Positions 46,478 through 56,202 of a stretch of 64,000 bases of DNA are shown here, piece by piece. The DNA comes from Candidatus Sericytochromatia bacterium (GTDB lineage Bacteria > Cyanobacteriota > Sericytochromatia > S15B-MN24 > UBA4093): the NCBI GenBank assembly GCA_036676985.1, contig JAKFBU010000056.1, forward strand, positions 1 through 64,000, in the 5' to 3' direction. The notes beneath the pieces were generated by a model that did not search any database, was not told where the DNA came from, and saw nothing but the letters and a program-made list of their open reading frames with translations. Within the stretch, counting starts at the first letter, position 1, and every line of letters starts with the position of its first letter. The position numbers were made by a program, and so were the translations under genes.

Positions 46478-47319
46478 CGGACGCCGATCTGCGTGCGCAC
46501 GTCGAACAGCTCCGGGAAGAACGTCAGATCCAGCGCCCGCTTGAGGAAGTCCACCCCCGACGAGCCGCCCGTGCCATGCTTGAACCCGATGGTGCGCATG
46601 ACCGTCCGCATGTGGCGGAAACGCCACTGCTGGAACTGATCCTCGACGTCCACCAGCTTCTCGCACATCTCGTAGGCGTCCCAGTAGCGCTGCGGATCCT
46701 CGTAGATCTGCTTGAAGACGGCGATGAGCTCGGGCTGGCGCTCGTAGGGCTGCGACCAGTCCCGCTCGACGCAGGCGGCCGGGATGGCGAAGCCCCGGCG
46801 GTGCAGATGCCGCAGGAACTCGTCGTACAGGCTCGGCGCCTGGAGGACGGCCTCGAGCTCCGCGTACGTCGCGGCGTCATGGGCGAAGACCTGGATCAGC
46901 TGCGGGTGCTTGTTGCCCAGGAGGAACTCGATGGCCCGGTACTGCGCCGACTGGAAGCCAGAGGCCGGGCCCAGGACGTGCCGGAACTCCATGTACTCGC
47001 TCGGCGTCAGCGTCGCGAGCACGCCCCATTGCTCCGTGAGCTGGTGCTGGATGTTCTTGACGCGGGTGAGCACCTTGAAGCAGGGATCCAGCTGGTCGGC
47101 ACGCACGAAGGCGATCGCCGCCCTCAGCTCGTGCAGGATGAGCTTCATCCACAGCTCCGAGGTCTGGTGCTGGATGATGAAGAGCATCTCATCGTGATGC
47201 GGCGGATCGCTCAAGGGCTTCTGGGCGCTCAGGAGCTCGTCCAGGCACAGATAGCCCGAGTAGGACATGCGATCGCGCAGATCGAGGGCAATGCCGGTTT
47301 CCAGGTCGCGCTTGTTCAT
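46474..47319 (-). CDS. kynA: tryptophan 2,3-dioxygenase
   Basis: [30 protein letters not shown] and GTGGSSG motifs. Confidence 0.96.
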   Translation of the reverse strand: MNKRDLETGIALDLRDRMSYSGYLCLDELLSAQKPLSDPPHHDEMLFIIQHQTSELWMKLILHELRAAIAFVRADQLDPCFKVLTRVKNIQHQLTEQWGVLATLTPSEYMEFRHVLGPASGFQSAQYRAIEFLLGNKHPQLIQVFAHDAATYAELEAVLQAPSLYDEFLRHLHRRGFAIPAACVERDWSQPYERQPELIAVFKQIYEDPQRYWDAYEMCEKLVDVEDQFQQWRFRHMRTVMRTIGFKHGTGGSSGVDFLKRALDLTFFPELFDVRTQIGVR

Positions 47320-47424
47320 ACCCCTCCCATAACAAACTGGCGCACCGGAGTCAAACCGCCCCCCGGTGCTATAATCGGGAACATACCTCTTGCCCCAATG
47401 CGTCACACTGCCGGAGTTTTCGCC

Positions 47425-48537
47425 ATGAATTCGCACCCCATCACCCGTACCCAGCTGGTTCCCCGCTATATCGAGCAGCTGGTGCCTTACAAACCCGGTA
47501 AGTCCGTCGAAGAGGTCCAGCGCGAGCTGGGTCTCGAGCGGGTCTACAAGCTCGCCTCCAACGAGAACCCGCTCGGCCCCTCGCCCAAGGCCATGGAGGC
47601 CATCAACGAGAGCCTGCTCTGCATCCACCAGTACCCCGACGCGACGGGCTACCGGCTCCGTCAGGCCCTGGCCGGGCGCTACAAGGTCAAGCCCGAGAAC
47701 GTCATCATCGGAGGCGGCTCCGAGGGCATCATGGCGACCATCGTGCGTACGTTCCTGCACGGTGACGACGAGGTCCTGACCTCCGAGGGCACCTTCATCG
47801 GGTTCATGGTGCTCGCGCGCGCCCAGGGCGTGCCCATCACCACCGTGCCCCTCAAGGACTACGGCTACGACCTGGAGGCCATCGCCGCGGCCGTCACGCC
47901 CTGGACCAAGGTCATCTACCTGGCGAACCCCAACAACCCGACGGGCACCATCTTCCACCGGGCGGCCTTCGAGAAGTTCCTCGAGACCGTGCCACCGCAC
48001 ATCCTCATCATCCTCGACGAGGCCTACTACGAGTTCGTCGGCGACAACTACGACTACCCCGACAGCCAGCTCTACCGCGCGGACAACGTGCTCACGCTGC
48101 GCACCTACTCCAAGGCCTACGGCCTCGCCGGCATCCGGATCGGCTACGGGATCGGGCACGAGAGCCTCATCTCCCAGCTCTGGAAGGTCAAGCTCCCCTT
48201 CGAGCCCAGCACCCCCGCGCAGGCCGCGGGCATCGCCGCCCTCGAGGACGACGAGTTCCTCGCCACGACCCTCGAGATCAACCGCGAGGGCCTCGAACAG
48301 CTCTACGCCGGCTTCGATCGCCTGGGCGTCCGTTACGTGCCCAGCAGCGCGAACTTCGTCATGCTCGACATGGGCTCCGAAGACGAGGTCATGCGCCTAT
48401 TCGACGGCCTGTTGAACCAGGGCATCGTGGTCCGTCCCCTCAAGGGCTTCGGCCTGCCGCACTGCCTGCGCGTCAGCGTGGGCCTGCCCGAGGAGAATGC
48501 GGCCTTCCTCGCGGCCTTCGAGAAGCTCGTCGGCTAG
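47425..48537 (+). CDS. hisC: histidinol-phosphate aminotransferase
   Basis: [24 protein letters not shown] and [14 protein letters not shown] motifs; extended -10 TGCTATAAT upstream. Confidence 0.92.
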   Translation: MNSHPITRTQLVPRYIEQLVPYKPGKSVEEVQRELGLERVYKLASNENPLGPSPKAMEAINESLLCIHQYPDATGYRLRQALAGRYKVKPENVIIGGGSEGIMATIVRTFLHGDDEVLTSEGTFIGFMVLARAQGVPITTVPLKDYGYDLEAIAAAVTPWTKVIYLANPNNPTGTIFHRAAFEKFLETVPPHILIILDEAYYEFVGDNYDYPDSQLYRADNVLTLRTYSKAYGLAGIRIGYGIGHESLISQLWKVKLPFEPSTPAQAAGIAALEDDEFLATTLEINREGLEQLYAGFDRLGVRYVPSSANFVMLDMGSEDEVMRLFDGLLNQGIVVRPLKGFGLPHCLRVSVGLPEENAAFLAAFEKLVG

Positions 48538-48548
48538 TCCCCAACACG

Positions 48549-48582
48549 AAGCGACCGGGAGGCGTATGCCTCCCGGTCGCTT
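48549..48582. terminator. terminator hairpin between convergent genes
   Basis: 15-bp stem AAGCGACCGGGAGGC/GCCTCCCGGTCGCTT. Confidence 0.8.
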
Positions 48583-48593
48583 GTCGTTCGAGC

Positions 48594-49337
48594 CTACTGA
48601 ACGACGATGGGAATGGGCTTGGTCTGGCCGTAGAAGTTGGGGCCACCGAAGGTGCCGCCCGACTTCCAGTACTTCACGACGTAGTACCGGGTGCCCGCGG
48701 TGACCTGGTTGTTGAGGGTCACCGTGGCCTGGGTGGCCGCAGCGCCTTCCGCGGGGAAGGTCTGGAGCGCGCCCGACTGGGTGTTCGAGGTGCTGAAGAT
48801 GGTCACCTGGTACACCGCGCCGGAGGCGCCGTTCTTCTCGGGCCAGTCGAAGTTGACCTGGCTGCCGGCCGTCACGGTGGCGTTGGGCGCCGGAACCGCG
48901 CTGGTGAAGTCCCAGGCCAGCTCGAGGTTGACCTGCTGAGCTGCGGTCTGGGTGCTGGTCACGGCGACGGGGTCGGCGGCGGCCACGCCCGCCGTGTTGA
49001 AGGTGGTCGCGGCGACCTTGCCCTCGTCGTCGTAGTAGACCTGGTAGTCGGCGGCCGAGAGGCCCGTGAACGAGTAGTTGCCGTTGTTGTCGGTCTGGGT
49101 CGTCTTGTCGGTGACGGCGAAGTTCGCCGAGCTACCGGTGGCGCGGCTGCGCAGCCGGACCGTCAAGGGCTGGCCGGGGTTACTGCCCGAGTTGAGGGCG
49201 AAGGTCAGGCGGCCCTGGAGGGCGCCGCCCGGGCCGCCGGGGGTGGTCCCGGGAGGCGCGGTGGTGGGGCAGCCCGCGATCGCCGTGACCGCCAGGGCGC
49301 CGGCAAGAACGGCGACGAGTTTGGTTTGAAGCTTCAT
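48594..49337 (-). CDS. lipoprotein with prealbumin/Ig-like folds (paralog of 50409-51236)
   Basis: MKLQTK...AIAGC; LQGR.TFALN; YQV.YDD; YYVVKY..GG..YGQTK. Confidence 0.75.
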   Translation of the reverse strand: MKLQTKLVAVLAGALAVTAIAGCPTTAPPGTTPGGPGGALQGRLTFALNSGSNPGQPLTVRLRSRATGSSANFAVTDKTTQTDNNGNYSFTGLSAADYQVYYDDEGKVAATTFNTAGVAAADPVAVTSTQTAAQQVNLELAWDFTSAVPAPNATVTAGSQVNFDWPEKNGASGAVYQVTIFSTSNTQSGALQTFPAEGAAATQATVTLNNQVTAGTRYYVVKYWKSGGTFGGPNFYGQTKPIPIVVQ

Positions 49338-49458
49338 CGAGTGTTCTCCAATGAGGGGGGGGCAACGGGTTTACAAAGTTTAATATGGAATTCTGAAGCT
49401 AGCAAGCGGACCTCCGGACGCCGCTAGCTCACGCTGGTCATGAACGGCTCGAAACGCG

Positions 49459-49494
49459 AAACGACAACGGTACCCACGGTAGCCGTTGTCGTTT
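49459..49494 (-). terminator. hairpin downstream of 49563-50273
   Basis: AAACGACAACGG...CCGTTGTCGTTT. Confidence 0.6.
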
Positions 49495-49562
49495 GCTGAC
49501 TCATTTCAAAAGCAAGAACGCTATCGCGCGACCATTTGATCGGCGCATGGCGCCCAGCCGTC

Positions 49563-50273
49563 TTAGCGGGTCGTCGCGGTCCAATTGCCGGCGCCGACGC
49601 CACCTTCGGTCTTGACGCCAAGGCGAACCTGGGTGGTGCCGCCGGCGAGCGTCGACGGAGTGGCGACGGTCGTGCCGGGGGTCCAGAGGTTGGCGCCTGC
49701 CGCCACGCTCTCGTAGGTCGTGCCCGAGATGCCCCACTGCACGAAGTCCGAGAGGTTCGCCGAGGCGGTTGCCGTCTTGCTGGCGAACAGGGCGAGCCCA
49801 CCCCCGCGATTCAGCTGGGGGGCGAGGCTGACATCGGTCCGGGCCTCGACGGAGGCCAGCGGGTTGGCCCCGGTGAAGAGGTAGACCCGGATCGAACCGG
49901 TCGCGCCCAGGTTGCCGAACGCCGCACCCGCGGCAGTGACGATGGACGCCGTCGCCACGACGTTGCCCGTGCTGCCGCTGGGGTTGACGGCGATCATGTA
50001 GTTGTTGAGGTTGATGGGCGAGGTCGTGAGGTTCTTGATGGTGATGTAATGCTCGCCCGGATTGAGGCTCGCCGTCGCGGCCGTGGTGAAATCGACCGTC
50101 TGGAAGATGAGCTGCTGAGAGCTCGTGCGGGTGTAGGGCGTCGGGGTCGGCGCGGGAGTAGCGGTGGCTCCCGGGGTCGGCGAAGGGGTCGTGGTGGGGC
50201 CGCCCGGGCATCCGGCGATCGCCGCCACTGACGCCGTGGCCGCTGCAGCCAGGTAGAAATGCTTGAACTTCAT
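49563..50273 (-). CDS. lipoprotein with lamin-tail-like domain
   Basis: Lipobox AIAGC; PT linker; EHYITIKN.T..PINL..Y and DFVQWG motifs. Confidence 0.65.
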   Translation of the reverse strand: MKFKHFYLAAAATASVAAIAGCPGGPTTTPSPTPGATATPAPTPTPYTRTSSQQLIFQTVDFTTAATASLNPGEHYITIKNLTTSPINLNNYMIAVNPSGSTGNVVATASIVTAAGAAFGNLGATGSIRVYLFTGANPLASVEARTDVSLAPQLNRGGGLALFASKTATASANLSDFVQWGISGTTYESVAAGANLWTPGTTVATPSTLAGGTTQVRLGVKTEGGVGAGNWTATTR

Positions 50274-50357
50274 GGGGGAGATCTCCTTAAGAAATGACTA
50301 AGTTCAGAACAATTAACATAGATTCCTGAACGAAGCAAGCATCCCTTGGCGACATGA

Positions 50358-50390
50358 CGAGGCGCCCGTGGGAAACCCACGGGCGCCTCG
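50358..50390. terminator. hairpin downstream of 50409-51236
   Basis: 15-bp perfect stem CGAGGCGCCCGTGGG-AAA-CCCACGGGCGCCTCG. Confidence 0.65.
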
Positions 50391-50408
50391 GTTTGGAGCG
50401 TCGCGACC

Positions 50409-51236
50409 TTAGTTGTTCAGCGTGAAGCGGATCATCTTGGTCTGACCGTAGTAGTTGGAGCTCTTGTTGCCCCAGCCGCCGCCGGTCTTGTAGTACTTGA
50501 CGACGTAGTAGTTCACGCCCGTCGGGGTCCCTTCGTAGGTGACTCCGCTCGCCGAGCCCGCATTGGCCGGAATGCCGAAGGTCAGCGTGGTGTTGGCGGT
50601 GCCGACGGTCGCCGAGGGCGAGGAGAGGGTCGCGCTGCCCGGCACGCCGCCGTTGTCCTTGAAGATGGTCACCCAGTAGCTGGCATCCGAGACGCCGGCC
50701 TTCGCCTGCCAGTTGAAGGGCACGTTCTGGCGCGCGATGGTGGTGTCGGTCTTGGGGCCCCAGTTGGCCGTGTTGTTGAAGTTCCAGGCAATCTCCATGT
50801 TCACCTGGGGCACGGCGGTCTGGGTCTTGGAGACAGCCACGGCGTCCGAAACGGCCACGCCAGTGACGTTGAAGCCATCGGTGCCCGTCACCACGGTGCC
50901 GCCATCGTCGTAGACGACCTGGTAATCGGCGTCCTCGAGGTTCTCGAAGGTGTAGTTGCCCTTGACGTCGGTCGAGGTCGTGGCGTTGTTGAGCGTCGTG
51001 AACTCGGTCTCGCCGGCCTTCTTGCGCTTGACCTTGAGGACGAGCTTTTCACCGGGATCCTGCGTCCCATCGGTGTTCAGGGCGAAGGTGATGCGGCCCT
51101 GCAGCTTGCTGGCGGGCGAGACGTTGGGCGTCGGGGTGGGGTTGGTCGAGACGGGGAGCATGTTCGGGCAGCCCGCGATGGCCACGACCGCCAGGGTGCC
51201 GGCAAACGCCAGGCTGATTTTGGTTTGCAGCTTCAT
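50409..51236 (-). CDS. lipoprotein (paralog of 48594-49337)
   Basis: Same signal peptide and motifs as 48594-49337. Confidence 0.75.
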   Translation of the reverse strand: MKLQTKISLAFAGTLAVVAIAGCPNMLPVSTNPTPTPNVSPASKLQGRITFALNTDGTQDPGEKLVLKVKRKKAGETEFTTLNNATTSTDVKGNYTFENLEDADYQVVYDDGGTVVTGTDGFNVTGVAVSDAVAVSKTQTAVPQVNMEIAWNFNNTANWGPKTDTTIARQNVPFNWQAKAGVSDASYWVTIFKDNGGVPGSATLSSPSATVGTANTTLTFGIPANAGSASGVTYEGTPTGVNYYVVKYYKTGGGWGNKSSNYYGQTKMIRFTLNN

Positions 51237-51513
51237 TCCTACGAATACTCCTTACATGTTGAGGATCAGAGCCTTCGTAACACGCCGTTACATTGACCCC
51301 AAGACCCATCGGCAACGTTTGGTTCCCCGATCTTAACTAATTACCAGCCATACGACAAGAACACCTGCCTGCTACATTCGGAGGTCAAAGGTTCCAGCCC
51401 CCGCGAAGGCCCACGGTGGGCCCATGCCGCCGGGGTCGGACCAGGCAGTGTGCTATAATCCCATAGCCAGGACCATTACCTGACTAATCCCGCTGGCCTA
51501 GAGAGCAACACAC

Positions 51514-52167
51514 TTGGATCGTCTGGAAAACTTGCCGTCGTACCGCTATCCGGTCGAGGACCTCATCAAGGAAATCTCCGAGCCGCCGCCCCCCGGGGCG
51601 TGCGCTGCCGCCTCGTGGCTGTGCGCCATCGCCGCGGCGCTCGTGACCAAGGCCGCGCGCCTGACACTCGGCCGCGAGGGGTTCGAGCCCGTCTCCGAGG
51701 AGATGCTGCGCGTCGTCTCCCGCGCCTCGACCCTGGGCGAGCAGTGCGAGGAGCTCATCGACCAGGATCCCACGGCCATGAACCGCCTGACGGCCGCCGC
51801 CGCCCTGCCCCAGACCACCGTCGAGGAGACGGAGATCCGCCGGGCCTGCGTCCAGACGGCCCTCAAGAACTCCGCCCAGGTCCCCATGCTGGTGGCCCAG
51901 CACGGCATGGAGGTGCTGGGGCTCGCCGAGACGGTCGCTCGCTACGGAGCACCCGGCGGCGCGAACGAGGCGCTGTTGGCCGTGCGGACGGCCGCGAGCG
52001 CGGTCGAAGGGGCCCTCATCGCGGCTCTGACCAAGCTGCCTAACCTGGACGACGAAGCCTTCGTGGCCGAGACGCGCGAGAAGGCCCGCGCCCTGCGCGA
52101 ACAGTCGGCCGCCCTCGAGGCGGAGCTGTCGGCGAAGACCTGGGACAAGCTGCTCTCGGGAGAATAG
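51514..52167 (+). CDS. cyclodeaminase/cyclohydrolase (FTCD_C) family homolog, divergent
   Basis: All-helical pattern PPG..AAA..A.AAAL...AR.T.G, LID.D and A..P; TGCTATAAT upstream. Confidence 0.65.
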   Translation: MDRLENLPSYRYPVEDLIKEISEPPPPGACAAASWLCAIAAALVTKAARLTLGREGFEPVSEEMLRVVSRASTLGEQCEELIDQDPTAMNRLTAAAALPQTTVEETEIRRACVQTALKNSAQVPMLVAQHGMEVLGLAETVARYGAPGGANEALLAVRTAASAVEGALIAALTKLPNLDDEAFVAETREKARALREQSAALEAELSAKTWDKLLSGE

Positions 52168-52200
52168 AAACGCCCGGCCAACCAGCGAGCGTCTCAACGG

Positions 52201-52226
52201 AAAGGGCGATCGCCGTGCGATCGCCC
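52201..52226. terminator. hairpin between convergent genes, built from two GCGATCGC octamers
   Basis: AAAGGGCGATCGC-CGT-GCGATCGCCC. Confidence 0.6.
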
Positions 52227-52241
52227 GATTGCTTTTCGAGG

Positions 52242-52733
52242 CTAGGACTGTCCCCCGAACTTGCCGAAGTCGCTGGGCTTGACCTCGTCCAGGAACTTGC
52301 GGAACTGCTCGGCGTCGACCTCCTCTTCCTCCTTGTTGATGGGAATGGAGCTGTTGGCCATGACGTCCTCGGCGACGTCGATGGGCGCGTGGAAGCGGAT
52401 GGCGAGGGCGATGGCGTCGCTCGGCCGCGAGTCGATGACGACCTCCTTGCCGCTCACGTCGAGCACCAGCTCGGCGAAGAAGGTGTTGTCCCGCATCTCG
52501 CTGACGCGGATGCGCGTGAGGGTCGCCCCGAGGGCCGTCAGGGTGTTGCGGAAGAGATCGTGCGTCAGGGGGCGGGGCGTCTTGATCTCCTCGATGCCCA
52601 GGAGAATGGCGTTGGCTTCCGGCTCCCCCACCCAGATGAGCAACGCCCGGCGCTCGTCCGCATCCTTGAGCACCACGATGGGCGACTTGGTCTTCGGCTC
52701 GAGGATGACCCCCGACACGTTCATCTCAACCAT
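52242..52733 (-). CDS. bifunctional nuclease (DUF151)
   Basis: L.IWVG..EA.AI, RPLTHDL and DSRPSDAIALA motifs. Confidence 0.93.
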   Translation of the reverse strand: MVEMNVSGVILEPKTKSPIVVLKDADERRALLIWVGEPEANAILLGIEEIKTPRPLTHDLFRNTLTALGATLTRIRVSEMRDNTFFAELVLDVSGKEVVIDSRPSDAIALAIRFHAPIDVAEDVMANSSIPINKEEEEVDAEQFRKFLDEVKPSDFGKFGGQS

Positions 52734-52941
52734 GGGCGGCTCCTTTGCTGCACAGTTGTGGGCATTATACGAGCGCCCTCATGGGGAGTAAAGCTGCGTG
52801 CATCGTCCCGGGACGAGACGGGGCAGGCCCCGATCCTAGGCCAACGATCCAGCCTTGGCTTCGGCCAAGTCGACGCTTGCTTTCGGACGGAGTGGCCGGA
52901 AGACGAACCGCCCGCCAGTCAGTGGCGGGCGGGCGAAGGGA

Positions 52942-54120
52942 CTAGCCGGCGGCACCCGTTTGCTGGAGGGCCTGGGCGAGCGTCGTCTGCCAGACGACCT
53001 TGAGGGGCACGCCCTGCTTCTTGGCAGCCGAGACGCAGTCCTTGAACTCGGGCATGAGGTTCGTCACCGAGCCCATCTGGCGGGCGACCTTGACCCGGAT
53101 GGGGCCGAAGTCCGTCTTGACCGAGAGGATCTCGCGATCCAGCACCCGGCGCTCGGTGATGTAGGTGCGCACGCCGATGGAGGGCGTCTCGGCAAAGATG
53201 ATGTCCGTGATGGCTTCCTGCTTCTCGGGCGTCACCAGGGCCGTGAGCTTGATGCCCGGGCGGCCGCGCTTCATGATGATCGGCGTGAGGAAGACGTCGA
53301 CGGCTCCGGCGTTGAACAGGCGCTCGATGACGTACTCGTAGAACTGGGGGTTGGCGTCGTCGATGTTGGTCTCGACCACCCCGATGCTCTCGCGAGTCTC
53401 GCCCTCGGCGGTCGCCTCCTGGCTGAGGAGCACCCGGCAAAGGGCCGGCTGCTTGCCGGTGCCCGCCCCCCAGCCCTGGGAGGCGAGGCGCATGGCCGGC
53501 ATGCGGCCGAAGTCCTTGATGAGGGTCGAGAGCATGGCGGCCGCGAGCGTCGTGACCTGCTCGCCCGCTTCGCCGTTGTCGTAGACCGGAACGCCCGCCA
53601 GGAGCTCGACCACCACCGGGGTGGGCACGGGCATGAGGCCCTCCGGCGTCTTGACCGTGCCGCTGCCCATGGGCAGGGCCGAGCAGCTCAGCTGGGCGAG
53701 CCCGAGCTGGTCGAGCAGGAGCACGAAGGCCGTGACCGTGGCGATGGCGGCGAGGCTGCCCGCCTCGTTCATGACCACGGTCTCGGGGGCCTTGTCCTGG
53801 AGGCGGCCCCAGGCCACCGCCAGGCGATGGAAGACGCGCAGCGTCCGCTCCTGGACGGACTTGGAGAGTCGGCTCTTGAGGATGACGGCCGCCACCTCGC
53901 GCATCTCGCGGCGGATGGCGTCGTCCTTGGCCTTGATGGCGATCCGGCTCACGGCGAGGCCCCGCTCCTGCACCTTGGAGACCGAGAGGTGGACAGCGCC
54001 CGGCACCAGATCCTGGAGGTCGTCGCGCAGGCGTTCGAGGTCCGCACCGGCGTCGAGGAGGGCGCCGAGGAGCATGGACTCCGTGGCTCCTTGGTAGCAA
54101 TCGAAATACGCCGTGCGCAT
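52942..54120 (-). CDS. larC: LarC (DUF111) nickel-insertase homolog, His-depleted
   Basis: YFDC..G...MLLGALLDAG, PVP.P, ETNIDD, MKRGRPG, ET.SIGVR and PEF.DC; follows larB. Confidence 0.85.
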   Translation of the reverse strand: MRTAYFDCYQGATESMLLGALLDAGADLERLRDDLQDLVPGAVHLSVSKVQERGLAVSRIAIKAKDDAIRREMREVAAVILKSRLSKSVQERTLRVFHRLAVAWGRLQDKAPETVVMNEAGSLAAIATVTAFVLLLDQLGLAQLSCSALPMGSGTVKTPEGLMPVPTPVVVELLAGVPVYDNGEAGEQVTTLAAAMLSTLIKDFGRMPAMRLASQGWGAGTGKQPALCRVLLSQEATAEGETRESIGVVETNIDDANPQFYEYVIERLFNAGAVDVFLTPIIMKRGRPGIKLTALVTPEKQEAITDIIFAETPSIGVRTYITERRVLDREILSVKTDFGPIRVKVARQMGSVTNLMPEFKDCVSAAKKQGVPLKVVWQTTLAQALQQTGAAG

Positions 54121-54261
54121 GGTCTTCTCCTCGCGGAAGCGGGTGCTACCAGTTGGATACCATAACGCCGATCGCCAAGACTGTGACGGATGCCGCTCCT
54201 GCGCCCTCCTGGAGGGCCTCTCAGGGCCCGCCGGGCGGCCCGGGAGGGCCCATGGCGGGAA

Positions 54262-55011
54262 TTATGTCGCGCTGCCCGCGATCATGCCGGCCAGGTAGCC
54301 CGCCCCGAAGCCGTTGTCGATGTTGACGACCGAGACCCCGGCGACGCAGGAGTTGAGCATGGCCAGGAGGGCCGCGAGGCCGCCGAAGCTCGCCCCGTAG
54401 CCGATGCTGGTCGGCACCGCGATGACGGGCCGGGGCACGAGCCCGCCCACCACGCTCGGCAGAGCACCTTCCATGCCGGCGACCACCACGAGCACCCGTG
54501 CGGCCTGCAGGACCTCCTGGTGATGGAGGAGCCGGTGCAGGCCCGCGACGCCCACGTCGTAGATCCGTACCACCGTCGAACCGCGCATCTCGGCCGTGAT
54601 GGCGGCCTCCTCGGCGACGGGCAGGTCCGAGGTCCCGGCCGCGAGCACGGCCACCTCGGGCGTACCTTGCCGGGGGGCGTAGCCGAAGGTGAGGACGCGG
54701 GCCTCCGGGTGGTAGCGCAGCTCCGGCACCTCCTGCATGACGGCAGCGGCGACCTCGGGAGCGACCCGCGTGGCCAGGAGGCGGCCATGGGCCTGCACGA
54801 TGGAGCTTGCGATCGCCGCTATCTGCAAGGCCGTCTTGCCCAGGCCGAAGATGACCTCCGGGAAGCCCGTCCGCAGCTCCCGGTGGTGGTCGACCTTGGC
54901 GAAGCCCAGCTCCGAGAAGGGCAGGGCCCTGAGGTGGCCGATGGCCTCTTCCAGGGAGGTCTCGCCCGCGCGGACGCCTTCCAGGAGGGCCCGGAGGTCT
55001 TCCTCGCGCAT
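54262..55011 (-). CDS. larB: nickel-pincer cofactor biosynthesis carboxylase/hydrolase LarB
   Basis: GFPEVIF..GK, AGTSDLPVAEEA, DVGVAGLHRL, AGMEGALPS, PTSIGYG and VNIDNGFGA. Confidence 0.95.
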   Translation of the reverse strand: MREEDLRALLEGVRAGETSLEEAIGHLRALPFSELGFAKVDHHRELRTGFPEVIFGLGKTALQIAAIASSIVQAHGRLLATRVAPEVAAAVMQEVPELRYHPEARVLTFGYAPRQGTPEVAVLAAGTSDLPVAEEAAITAEMRGSTVVRIYDVGVAGLHRLLHHQEVLQAARVLVVVAGMEGALPSVVGGLVPRPVIAVPTSIGYGASFGGLAALLAMLNSCVAGVSVVNIDNGFGAGYLAGMIAGSAT

Positions 55012-55808
55012 CAGAGGACGGCGTTGAGGCTACCCATGCGGTAGCCCTCGAGGTCGAGCGTGACGAAGTGGTAGCCGAGGGCCTTGAGGGCGGAGGTGAG
55101 GCTTGCGCGGTGGGCGAAGGCCGCCTCCATGTCCTCCGGGCGCACCTCGATGCGGGCGAGGTCCCCGTGATGCCGGACGCGCGCCCCGAGGAAGCCCGCC
55201 TGGGCGAGCACCAGCTCCGCCCGGCCGACCTGGTCGAGGACCTCGAGCGTCACGGGCGTGCCGTAGGGCAGGCGACTCGCAAGACACGCCGCCGCCGGCT
55301 TGTCCCAAATGGGCAGGCCCAGGTGCTTGGCCACCTCGCGGACCTGCGCCTTGGTCATGCCCACCTCGAGAAACGGGCTGTGCACGCTGCGCTCGGTCGC
55401 CGCCTGGAGGCCGGGCCGGTAGTCACCCAGGTCGTCGGCGTTGGTGCCGTTGAGGAGGGCGGCGTAGCCCTCTTCTAGGGCGATCGCCGCGAGGTCCTGG
55501 TAGAGGGTGGACTTGCAGTGGTAGCAGCGATCGGCGTGGTTGGCCGCATAGGCCGGGTTGTCGAGCTCGCGGGTCTCGATGAAGCGGTGCGGAAAGCCCT
55601 GCGCCCGGGCGAACTCCAGGGCCGCCTCGCGCTCGGTGGGGGCGAGGCTCGCGGAGCGGGAGGTGACGGCGAGCATGCGATCGCCGAGGACCCGGTGGGC
55701 GACGACGGCGACGAGCGCCGAGTCGATCCCGCCCGAATAGGCCACGAGCGCCGAGCCGTGGCGCGCGATGGCCGCCTCCAGCTGGCTCAGGAGCGCTGGG
55801 ACGTCCAC
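55011..55808 (-). CDS. larE: ATP-dependent sulfur transferase LarE
   Basis: PP-loop SGGIDS, RCYHCK, GTNADD..DYRPG, WDKP..ACLASR and RVRHHG. Confidence 0.95.
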   Translation of the reverse strand: MDVPALLSQLEAAIARHGSALVAYSGGIDSALVAVVAHRVLGDRMLAVTSRSASLAPTEREAALEFARAQGFPHRFIETRELDNPAYAANHADRCYHCKSTLYQDLAAIALEEGYAALLNGTNADDLGDYRPGLQAATERSVHSPFLEVGMTKAQVREVAKHLGLPIWDKPAAACLASRLPYGTPVTLEVLDQVGRAELVLAQAGFLGARVRHHGDLARIEVRPEDMEAAFAHRASLTSALKALGYHFVTLDLEGYRMGSLNAVL

Positions 55809-55809
55809 G

Positions 55810-56151
55810 CTAGGCCTCCTTGGTATTGAGGTAGCGCTCGAATACCACGTACGCCCAGAACAGGCCGCCGCCCACGACGACGAGCGCGACGTCTCCGAGC
55901 ACCACGGCCGCCATGCGGGGCACCAGGCCGAGGTGGAACAGGATGATGACCAGACAGCGCAGCGACAGGGCCCCCGAGGCCACGAGGAAGCTCGTGACGA
56001 CGCCCGAGAGGAGGCCGGAGCCGAGGATGCGCCGCACCCGCGGGGCGATGAGCAGGCCCACGGAGCAGGCGGAGAAGGCCAGGAAGAAGGTGACGAGGTT
56101 CAAGAGGAGGGCGCCCGAGCGCCAGGCCTCTAGGTTGACGAAGGTTTCCAT
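55810..56151 (-). CDS. small membrane protein (about 3 TM helices)
   Basis: Hydrophobic segments; ends 1 nt upstream of larE; TATAAT just upstream. Confidence 0.6.
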   Translation of the reverse strand: METFVNLEAWRSGALLLNLVTFFLAFSACSVGLLIAPRVRRILGSGLLSGVVTSFLVASGALSLRCLVIILFHLGLVPRMAAVVLGDVALVVVGGGLFWAYVVFERYLNTKEA

Positions 56152-56202
56152 GGCCCCATTATAACGGATTGGCGCTGCCCGGGCTGCGGCCGCCTGCGGC
56201 GC

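Noticed and set aside
49355-49362. G8 tract as a phase-variation switch
   Set aside because: It is short, lies in a 5' UTR rather than a coding frame or promoter spacer, and is plausible by chance at this GC content.
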